From Oopsacas minuta (Eukaryota; Animalia; Porifera): 64,000 nt of DNA. How positions within the stretch are numbered: position 1 is the stretch's first letter; every line of letters starts with the position of its first letter. Below the pieces are notes generated by a model. The model saw nothing but the letters and a program-made list of their open reading frames with translations. It was not told the DNA's origin and did no database searches. Positions 51,489-63,400 of this stretch are shown in pieces. A program made the translations under genes and the position numbers. The DNA is taken from positions 372,001 to 436,000 of the forward strand of contig JAKMXF010000233.1 of NCBI GenBank assembly GCA_024704765.1. The letters run 5' to 3'.

Positions 51489-54400
51489 TCAGATTATTGT
51501 AGAATCGTCATAGGTTGGGTTATCTGACATCAAATTCAGAATCTGTGTGAACTTAGCGATTTGAGTTTCAAGTTTTAGCTCTCTCAATCGAGTCATTAGC
51601 TATTTTTGAATTATAGAAATATAATATACAAATTCTAGAAACCTTATAATTATAACTCACATTTCCAACAATAGAAGTACCAGCTATCCACCTTAAGAAT
51701 ATTTCTTGTATAGCTGATTCCACAAAGAAAGGAGAATTCGTCTATAAACGAATGGAAAAAATGATAATACTATTACAATTGAAAATATAGTGAAGCTTCC
51801 ACCAAACGGTGTAGCATTTCCTGTACCCTTGGCACTGTTTGTGGAGGTTTCCTGCACCCTTGGCACCGTTTGTGGGGGCTACACTTTAGTTAGTTAAGTT
51901 GCAAAACTCCTTGAATATGTACTAAAATCTGGGGATAATCACATGACACATATTTACACACACAAATGTAATCATCTTACTAATTGCATTTGTCTAAGGT
52001 GCTGATTGAAGTTATATTGTGTTTGTTGAATATTCTGAATATCATCATAATATTTCTTGACTCGCTTCCTAGATGCTTTTGTATCTTTTGCGAATAACAA
52101 TTTATTAGCAGGTGAATCCTAGTAGTGTGAAAATAATTACATAACAATCCAACAAGAGATTGCGAAAAGTCATATTTAGGATGGAATCATACCCAGGTTA
52201 GCTCTTCATCTCTGGTAGAACAACTATCAATTAATCCCTACAAAGAATAAAAGAAAAGGAAAGGCAGTTTATTATAGTATCGTATTACCTCGAATAGTAA
52301 CTAGGGTGATTATTCATATTTTAACACCCTTGAACAGAGGACATAACATATAATCACATACTACATTCCATGAATCATAGCATTCTATACATGAATATAT
52401 TCACCAACTCCCTAACGTGCTTCTGTGACGTGTTAAGTCCCAGTTTTCATGGTTACCTCGTTGGTATTTGGCTACACCCCTCAGCAAGGGAGGTGATAAT
52501 GGAAGGGGGCTACCATTCGAGGGGATAAATCAAAAAATACCTGAGCAATAATTGAGAGAGAAGATTCAACTGGATACGGCATATCTATGTCCAGAATAAA
52601 ATGAGGATTTTTCAATAGATTAACCCAAAATCTGAGGACAAGGCTATTATTTTTCCATGTGTGTATTGTCTCTGGATCTGTTATGCTGTACAACTTTGCC
52701 TTATCGTCTAAGAAGTCCAACAAATGCTTGATTGCAGTAGGACAATCTTGTTGAGCTATTTTATCTGGAAATATTGAGTTCATCATTCCGTCTATATACT
52801 TCTGTAAAATAGCCTAAAAATACAAAAGCAAGATTTAGAATAGGACAGTGGTTCCCAACCCTTTGGTGGGTCGCAGTTCATGATAATTCGGGATAAGAGA
52901 CAAGAGGATCCTTACTTTCGTAGAAAGAAGTTTAGTGAAATATACTTCTGATACAACTTTATGTCTTTCTAACGTGCTTTCTTCAGTACCGGGAATACTC
53001 TAGGGAACAAATTTGTATTAATCATATTTTCACACCTAAAGTTATGTATTAAAGTTATTACGAAATGAAATATCTTTGAGGTATTGTCTACAGATTTCTT
53101 CTTCATAATATCGCTGTACATTGAAGGGAATCTTTCTTTCAAATCTGAATGTTTTAGCAACAGTAGAGATCCGTTTTCAGGGAAACTTATCTAAGTAATT
53201 GAATAATATTAATCTTCAGCTCCTATAATATGTCCTCATGGCAGCTGTTCACATCTTGGACCCTAGGTGATCCACGGACGACAGCAGGGGGTCCACGTCA
53301 CAGGTGAAAAATTAGGGAACCGCTGAAACAGATATAGTCAAATCTCGTTAATACGAGCACCAACAGACGATAAAATATATTCGTATTAACCAGAGCAATA
53401 CCAATGGAATGACCATTATAGGTTCCTGATTTTGTGTAAATATATGTTCGTCTTATCCGTCGTATTTACGAGGTTCCACGGTCATGCCGGATAATCGAGT
53501 GAAATACAGCAGTTATACTTACACGATAAAAGTCGAAATAATGTCTCAGTGTATTTATCCTCCTCCATCCTACATCAATACCAGAAGTCCTATCAATATC
53601 CCTGAAGAGAAGATCGGGTTGTTTGACCTTAGATAGAGTTGGTATCGCTTTAGCCATCGTTTCTTCTCCTGGGGTATATGCTGGGTTGTTAATCACCATA
53701 GAATCCAAGGGGTCTACTTTTCGTTTGAGAGAGATTGCTGGAGAATTTGGTGCATCTTTGGGCTTTACATAGATTAATTCAAGTTTATATGGATCTGAAA
53801 GTAACAAACAAGCAAGTAAACAAACAAACAAATAAACAACTAAACAAATAGACCTGGTTTATCAGAAGCTAACATATTCTTGTTCAATGTGTCAATAATT
53901 TTCCTCTTTGACTGATCAATAGAATCACAGTCTAGCAGTTTAATAATCTCAAAATCATCACCGAAATAGCACAGAATTTCTATTCCTAGAAATAATATAT
54001 AGCAAACAATTGTTGATGATATCAGATACGAATAAGGGGTAACCACATGGGTAATTTTCTACATTCTTATAGTCAATATCGTGGCTCAAAGGTTCGTGAT
54101 AATTACTTCGATATGACCGATGATATTTATGATAATCTGACGGTTTGGGATCATTTTTGTACAATTAAGAGTTCTATGTAACAGGAGTTGACTGTAATTT
54201 ATAATTTCCGGTTAGATATTAGTAAATAGATGGCAGAGGTTTCAACAGGTAGATCTTGTAATGAGATAGACCTATTCGACACTATTCTATTCTCAGATGA
54301 AAGATCGAAAAGTCAGGGACAATCGGACGGAGAGAGACAAGGAAAGCGAGGTGCTACTATGAAGTCATTCTCAGAGGGATTGAAAGAAGGAAGCGATCTA

Positions 54401-57400
54401 GCAGGTGAAATAGGATTTTACTCTGGCATGTGTGAGGGATTACTCGCCAACAGAGCTCAGTTAGAAGATAGATATACTGACAAAGCATGGAGTAAGGTTA
54501 TTAAACTGTTGGACAGTATCGTACAATTCGAAATTAGAGTTAAAGAAGATGGGATTGAGTTAGAAGATAGTGTTATACAGATTAGAAATGAGTTTAAGAT
54601 TATTGTTTCAAAGTTTAAGCTACCGATAAACTTCAAGAAATCTGAATTAAATGAATTATAAGTGTGAATTACACATATTCTGGTTTAGTTTTTTCAATTT
54701 ATATATTTGTGATTACAGACAATTCCTGCTATATCGAAGCTCAAAGGGGCCGCGATAATTACTTCGGTTCAATAACTGAATGGGTTCATTGGATTACCCA
54801 GAATTACTTACTTTAACTTCAAGAGTAGTTCTCAGCATATTATCTTGATTGAGAGAATACTTAGCTTCACCTGTGATAGCATCAATGGGTCCTTTATTAA
54901 TCTGTATCTTAATGGCTGAGTATAGATTGTACAGTTCTTCTCCAGGAAGTCCTCTTAAGTAATTATACATACACACGGCTAGCCAATGACTGAGGAGCTT
55001 CTCACATATTGATGTGCTAAAAATTATTACTGATATTATATCCATATATGGAGTTGTATTTTTGAATTTTAGAAGGTTGAAAATAGACAGGACTTGATAA
55101 CTAAGTATTTCCCAAACGATCTAATACCATTATTGATGGTTTAGCCCTGGGGGTATAGCTGTATAAGCCTATAGTTTGCAGAGGGAACATTTTATTTCAC
55201 ATACGAAGCAAACTATAAGAAGTATAATATCACCTCCACATACGGAGTGCGATGGACGCTTAAAAATATTATCCTGTCTCCCTGTTTGTGGAGTTTCATT
55301 TGTGTGGGGCTAGGAATTCGCTCTATTTATTTTCACTCCGTTTCCAAAAGTTACCCAGTTCCATAGGTTTTATTGTATTCATAATGTTTGTTTACCTTCT
55401 AAATAGAGTCTTAACATTCCGATTAGAAGTATACACACTTGTTGAGATGAGATCATCTATTAGTAGTTTAAGAATCTCAGTTGCATAGAAGAGATTCTTG
55501 TGTAATGCTATCATTAGTAGAGAAGCAAAATACGATCTATAAGAGGAGAGGGGAAACTATAAACTATAGCATCGAAGCTCAGCGAAAAGTGATAAGGCTT
55601 TCGATATGACCGATAAAGTATATGTTACTTTGACGGTTTGGGACCATATCTGTGTAATTTCAGGCTTCGATATATCCGTGCTTGATATAACAGGAGCCGA
55701 CTGAATTTCTAACATATACGAAGTATAACTTTAGAAAATGGTGGTGTTCGCTGATATACAATATTCGTCATTAGCAAATTTTCAGGGAAGTAGAGTTCAT
55801 TTTATATTGAAAATAATTCCTATAATAGCAAGTTCGCGAATTAGCCTAAGGAAATTCGCGAACTTCACTGATTACAATTCAATGGGGAAAGGAGAGTTAG
55901 CTGTTTGTATGTAAAATCAATTTACTTTTCGCCGGTGTCAATATATGAATTCTGGTCAAATATTCTAATTAGCTCAATCAAGAATTCTTTGTTATTGAAA
56001 AGTTCTTGAAATATCTTCATAGCTTTTCTGAACATTTCTATTTTGTTATTAACCTCAAAAGGATCCTAAAATGTACAAGTAGATAATTTTCAGGAAATTA
56101 TTTGCTATATTCTGGGATTCACGAAAATTCCAAGTTTTACATCCAAAAATAGCAATTTTAGGCTATTATTTGGGGAAAAAGTCACAGATATTCGCGAATA
56201 TTTCCTGGATTTCTTGTAATATCCATAATCCAGAGATCTCGGGAGCCTCTTAACATCCACTTACTGTCGGGGGAAGAGAGAGAAAATCTATAGATTCGTT
56301 TTTAGAGAATAACAGTTTGGTAACATATGTTTGGAAATCTGTAAATGGTATTGTATTTGTATCAGCTGCTTTCACGAAGTCAACTATCTCTACTTGTAGC
56401 TCAGCGAAACCTAAAAATACATACATTCAGATCCAATCCATGGTCCAGTAATACAATAGCGATCACACATGCAAAACTGCAACGTAAGAGTTCAGATTTG
56501 TATAAATAGTAAAAATATTAATGTAGGCCAATTGTATTTGTAAAATTTGAAACAGTTATAAGAACAGCGGATATAAGCACTTTCCTCTGGAAAAAGGTTC
56601 TTATTCATTTCTGTATATTTAGCATGTATTCCTAGTCCCAAGGGTGTTATTATAATAAGTGGGACACCCGCCAAAATGCGAAAATATGAGTCAAGTTAAT
56701 CATACGGAATTCCTAATTAACCGTGTTTGTATTTTAACGAAGTTAAGCTATACATATATTTCTGAATTAGGTAAATAGAATGGCTCTAATGAGAGACAAT
56801 TGTGATAGCAAGTTAGAAATACTTCGATGGATAGAAATACAGAAAAATATACTCTCTCAAGATGTCCAGTTTATGCGTGACGTAATCACAGCCCGGTCAG
56901 ATGAAATCACACAAGAACTCAACCAATGTTTTATCGATTACGAACAAGAATGCGAACGTTTGGACGCAATGGTTAAACTGAAGAATTTTACTTTGGAGGG
57001 ACAAAATTTGGGGAATGATTATTATCAAGAAAATATGTTCGAAACTCAATCGAAGATTGAAGAATTGAAAGGCAAACTTTCCCTGGACACTTCATTTGCG
57101 AAAAATCAACACCTTAGCTTTGATCGGGTGAAGTTTGAAAATATGTTAAAAGAAAATATGTACATAAAAACACCATTAGAAAAAAAATACAAAAATAAAC
57201 ACGATATTATTTGGGAAAAAAGCAAGAAAGGTTCTTTGAGAACCCAGCTAAGTTCCCCAAGCTCGATCGATATTGACAAAACAAACAATTTTGTTTACAT
57301 TACAGACACAAACAACTCTCGAATACAAATATTTACGGAGGCTGGAGATCACTACTCAACTCTCCTTTTACCAGATACTTTCTACCCATTAAGAATGAAG

Positions 57401-60400
57401 GTTAAGGAGTCAGCGGTTTATATTTACGGGAAAGACAATGACAATTTCTATATGGCTATTTGTAAAAGATTTATCAATACGGTTGTTCCGAACAATAGCG
57501 ACTTCAAAACTTTTGAGTGTATTCAAGAATTGGTCACCTTTGATGTCTCAGATGTTAATAACCATAAAAGTGTCATTTTCACACCTAGAATGTTCCAAAA
57601 GAAACCGACCATGTTCGAAGTGAATTCAAGTAAAGTTTTTGGGTATCTTGCTAACAAATTCCATGTAGTTATGGATATGGACATTAATTTACATGAAAGT
57701 ACAGGGCTTAATTTCTTTGGTGGTGGTAGCACAGGGACTGGTTTGTTTGGTGGCACAACTAATTCTAGAAGTTCAACACTTAACTTTGGTGGTGCAAGTG
57801 GTGGTTTAGGTGGCACGACTGTTCCTTTTGGTGGGACAACTGGTGGACTTCGTGGCACAACTGGTGGTTTGGGTGGCACGACTAGTGGCTTTGGTGGCAC
57901 AACTAGTGGCTTTGGTGGCAAAACAGGTGGTTTGGGTGGCACGACTGGTGGCTTTGGTGGCACAACTGGTGGTTTGGGTGGCACGACTAGTGGCTTTGGT
58001 GGCACAACTGGTGGTTTGGGTGGCACGACTAGTGGCTTTGGAGGCTTTGGTAGCACAACAGGTGGTTTGGGTGGCACCACTGGTGGCTTTGGTGGCACAA
58101 CTGGTGGTTTGGGTCTCACGACAGCTGGCTTAGGTGGCACGACTTGTCCTTTTGGTACCACAACTGGTGGCTTTGGCGGCACAACTGGTGGTTTGGGTCT
58201 CACGACAGCTGGCTTTGATGGCACAGTTGGTGGTTTTGGTGCCACAAGTATTTTCTCCTCGCAAGAAAAGAATAAATACATCTATTTAAAGTCAATTTAT
58301 TTAGGTGATAAAACACAAGCAATTGAAATACAAACTCTTCATACTCACAAATCTCAAACATTACTATATATCCTTTACAAGTACTGTAAATTTGCTGTCC
58401 TCGTATTCGACGTTTTTGGTATTTGTTTGAAAGGTATTGTACAAATGGACACTAGCAAAATCCCACGTACATTCTCTATTGATTCTCAGTGCAATGTAAT
58501 TTTACTGACGGGAGAAAATGATAATGAGAACGCGAATAATACGCTTAGACTCAATGTTGATGTTGAAAAGACAACTGAATTATCTGTCTACACTCCTAAC
58601 GGATGTGATGTGTTATATTCTAACACTTTACATGAAGATCCTGATGGTATTGTGGACATCTGTGCGGACAGTAATTTTGATATAGTACTGCTATTCAGTG
58701 AGGGAGCTGAAGAAGGTGGAATGATTAGGAAGTATTAACATATTTGAATAGTAGAATTAGATGATTTAGTTATTAGTGACTTGATTTGTGTGAAGTTATT
58801 GATGAATCTTATTTAGGCCTCTTAACAATAATGTATACAGTCAACTCCTGTCATATCGAAGCTGAAGGGACCGTGATAATTACTTCGATATAACCAAGGG
58901 AATATTTGTTACTTTGAAGGTTTGTGACCATATTTGTACAATCTCAGACTTCAATAGAATCGGGTATTTTTGATATAACAGGAGTTGAGTGTAAGGATAC
59001 ATCGAATCGTTTTATCGTTTGATTTATCCTTTTGAGCTAGCGACTCAGAGATTTATAGTCCTACACGATTATCTATCAAATCATGGTATAACTGTCCGTG
59101 ATAGCGGAAATGAAATGCCGAATACTAACGTGACAAATATACTAATATACATCTCATAAAAACAAACAATATACATTAGAGGAGTATCATTCAAATCATG
59201 TGTAAAATATGAGCTAAGTAACAATACAGGAGACAGTAGAAAGATAATCAACAATTTCCTTTAATTGGGGACGGATCATCTAGAGATTGTTCAAGGAATT
59301 GCTCATATGTTGTATTTGTGAGAGGTTCACAGGTCGACTTCCTGCCCAATTCCCTCTTCATAGTTTCATTATCTCTAACCAAAGCTTGTATACGCATTTC
59401 CAACATATCTTTACCTTCTGGGAAATCTTTATTCCCAGGGTTAAAGAAAGTATCACCATTTGGATCACGGATAATATAGTAGATGATAGGACCACCGATA
59501 ATGCTAGCGGCTATAGCTCCTTCTATGACAGACAACAGAGCGGATAAAGAGTAGCGTAGCTCAAGATTATCAACAAGCAAGAGGATTAAAACTATCCCCA
59601 ACGAGCATATGGATGTGTTATACATAGTCCATGTAATTGTGCCGGTGTATTTCAATGATTTGTGTGTTACTTTACGTAAGTTGTAGGCAAGAAATAACCC
59701 AATTACGACTAGAACACTTTTGAAGGCAATTAGCACCCAAAGAAATCCTTGTTCTCCTATTGAATTCGATGCTATACACTCAGTTACAATGTAAAGAGGC
59801 GGATTCATAAGGCCAGATTCAATCTCATGAGTCACCAGGTTCTTTGGGGATGCGAATAACCAAATAATGAAGTATATTATATCTGATAAGACAAGGAATA
59901 GTGGGAACATCACTATATATATCGGTTTCAAGTGATCTGAGAAATCGAATCTTTGCTTTATCACGATGATATAAAATTTACCGGCTTTGGCTAACATCCC
60001 ACCGAATATGATGCTAATGGATACGGCCAATAGCCAAGTACGTGACTGACAGAACACCTTCCCTCCTCCAGAGCTATACCCCGAGACATATCGACCATCC
60101 AACGGTAGCATCACTGCCAAAATAAACAAGAAATACGTCCCAGATAATATTGTTATCGTCACTACAGGCTCGGAGGTTGTGACCGGTCGTAGACGCTTGT
60201 ACCAACAGACTAGAATAGTTATTATGATAACCGTCACGTAGATTGTAGCTACGAATGACAGGAATAAGATCAAAGGGAATATAACGACATGCACAGGGTG
60301 AGATGAAATTCCATCTGATTCGAAATTAGGATCCCAAAACACAAATGGAATTACATAATCTATTACTATATCCCTGGTGTCAATAAAATTCGAAAAGTTA

Positions 60401-63400
60401 GATGGGACGTTCCGCATATGTCCACGAAATTCCAAAGATCCGTTTACGAACTCTAAGAAGTGTATTCTACCATCGTAACGTTCATTCCCAACAAATCGGA
60501 ACTGACCAGACCATCCAAGAAAATCCAATCCAATAATATTTTTATTCAACTCGTTATTGAATGCATTACTTGCATTGTAACTACCTACATTAGCCAAATC
60601 GTATCCCATTTCTATAGTTTTGTTCAAAGCTAGTGCCAAGGCCCACATAGTGTCGTATAGATATATTTCTTCAATGCGAAACTCGCTTTCAAAGAATTCC
60701 TCAGATTCTTTCTCACTCACATACTCCCTGATATCATTGTGGACTTGTGTTGGTGTCTTTCCGCTGTAGAGTACATCTGTTGAGTTGATTAGCTCATCTA
60801 TTCGTGGTAAGGAATTGAAGGCGATTGCACCGTTAGTTAGCATCTGAATATCGGCGAGATTACACTCACCCTTTGTTGTTACAGTTGGATCCCCGTACCA
60901 TCTGGAGCCGTACCAACCGTATAGGAATATGGTTGTTGAGGGAGGGTATAGTGCGGGGAACTTTTTGAGATGGCATAACACTTTTACCAAAGTATTCGGA
61001 TAGGCGTTGACTAGAAGAATAAGATGATTTGATTATAATGGAACCTGTTAAGCAATGACCAAGTGGAATTGTGTCCAAATGCACAGTGCTTCCAGACCTC
61101 CAGCTGGACATATTTCGATACCACGATAATTTTTCCAAAAGTACTCAAATTACAGCAACTCCCGATATATCAAAGCTCAAGGGACCGTGACACTTACTTT
61201 GATATGACCGATGGAATATTTGTTACTTTGACGGTTTGTGACCATATTTGTACAATTCCACACTTCAATATAAGCGGGTATTTCTATATATCCGTGTTAG
61301 ATATAACGGAAGTTGGCTGTATTAAAATACGAATATTAACTTACTTATTAGAATCCTGTATCCCTGTGTATCAACTAATTTTAATAGGGTCTCAACTTGA
61401 TCATCAAACCGAATGCTCTGTGGATCAAATATGCCTACATAATGGTCAATACCCAGCTCCTGGAGTAGCACCTGTGCTTCTTGGCTCGTGGACAGGAAGT
61501 AATCCCCCTGCTGGTTCAAAATAGCTAACCTCCTCCAATTGTAGTGTTGTATGAATTTCATCCAACCCGCAACTATATTCGCATCGCTTGGATTAGCGCG
61601 AATAAATCCCGGATATACATCTGTATTTCCAAGTGCTGGAGAGCGCGACGAATACGTGAATAAGGTGAGACCGTAGAAATGACTCAGCTGTGCGATACCA
61701 GCTGCTGGATCTGAACACGCCGGCCCCAATAGGACGAGGTAACGTTTCGAATCATCACGGAGAAATTCTATAAAAGCCTCTAGTGCATATGCCTCAATGC
61801 ATAGAGTATTTTTCCAAATAAACTTCAGGTTATAATCCTTTAACAGTCCAAGACTGTTGTTATTGATTTGGTTTTCAGTGTATTGGGAGGTGTATGGGAT
61901 GCCTGGGGCGGATATGACAAAAGAGTCAGGGTAAAAACCGGCGATATATACTGTTGTCTTTTCAGCTACACAGCTTGTAAACAACAACAGAGCGAGGGCG
62001 GTGAATAACAAACTAACCATTGTGTTTATTTGCATTTTTAATCAGTCGCCTCTTATTTATGTGTTCTACCAATTTTCTATCCTCGAGTTTGTAACATATT
62101 ATACTTCACTATTGTAATCACATTGCTTATTAGTTAGAACACGTGGATATATGTAAGTAGATTATAACGAGAAATCTATTATTTGTATTGGGTAATTGTG
62201 TCAGTATTGTGTAAATTGTAATCATTATTGAATAATTAGATAATTATCAGCAAAGTCATTCAGGGCGCGCCTAAGTTTCTGCTGATAATTATCAAAGCGC
62301 GCCAATTTTCCCGCCAGAATTTCTATATTTTGTGCATAAAGTTAACGAAAACTCTGAATAATGGGCATAATTCGTGGCAAATATTAAACTGATCACCCTA
62401 CGTCTTTTATAAAGCAATTTCGAAACAGAGCAGAAGTTCCCAACCTTTATTCACCCGTGGACCCTCCCATAGTTTCAGTACAAATTTTGAGATCTCTGCT
62501 GTCGTCCATGGGTCCACGAACTTTTGTTGGGAACAGCTGACTTAGAAGATAACCGCAATTGCGAGCACCAACTAACGAACTTTTACTGGGAAACTAATAT
62601 TACATATATTATCACCTGTTTTACATTCCTTCGCTATATTAGATTCCAGCTTTGTATATTCATAAATAATATTTTTAACTTGTCGCTGCTGTCTGTATCT
62701 GTAATATCTTATAACCACACAAAATAACAGAGTAAGAGCGATCCCTAATACAACCATAAGGATTACAGCAGATGATCCAACGATAGCATAGCCGTACTGT
62801 TCGGAGAATGTTGTGTCTGGTGGAGAAATTGGATCGGTGAATGTACAGTTGTGTGTATTACCAATTTCTACCTAAATAAATTTGATTGTGGATACATTGA
62901 GGTGGATTTTTAAGGGGAAAAGGCAATAATATCTTAATTAAGCCACAATTACTGGTGGCTCAACCACTTCGCATGACCGTATCTCAAAAACTATAAATCC
63001 GTTCTCTATGGTAAAAATTGCAAAAAGTAGGTCAGAATGCCATCTTCCTGAAAAATTATGTCTCAGGACGATTCGCCCTACCATTAATACTCTATACCGG
63101 GGTATTTATGAGGTTTAATGCAGTGGTTCCCACCTGTATCCATGGAAGACAGTTTTTTTGTTAAAATTGGTATAGGGGGTACAGGGGTGTAAATGTGCAT
63201 CTACAGTCTCCCGCCGTGGTGAAAGGAGCCTAAAACGGCCACGGATGAACTTACCCTTAGGGTCCCAGATATCTGACTGGTTGGTATACATTCTAGATTA
63301 TCATCAGTAAGAGTTAGAATTGTACACCCAACTTTCTGGTTAGAAGTTGAGGTTATTGTAATGGAGTATTCATCTTCCTTAACTGACGAGAAACCAGTTC

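Noticed and set aside
57790-58240. Regularly spaced repeats that could suggest a CRISPR array
   Set aside because: There are no unique spacers, the repeats are in-frame coding sequence, and the context is eukaryotic with no cas genes.
57523-58281. 252-aa minus-strand extensin-like ORF (PKPPVVP)n and the +2 frame ORF 57810-58133
   Set aside because: Both are shadows of the 21-nt Gly/Thr repeat. Only the plus frame continues into NHL blades on both sides.
62239-62293. 14-bp inverted repeat upstream of the GPCR, and a 12-bp one at about 55832-55865
   Set aside because: They are short and most simply explained as decayed TIR remnants, with no evidence of function.
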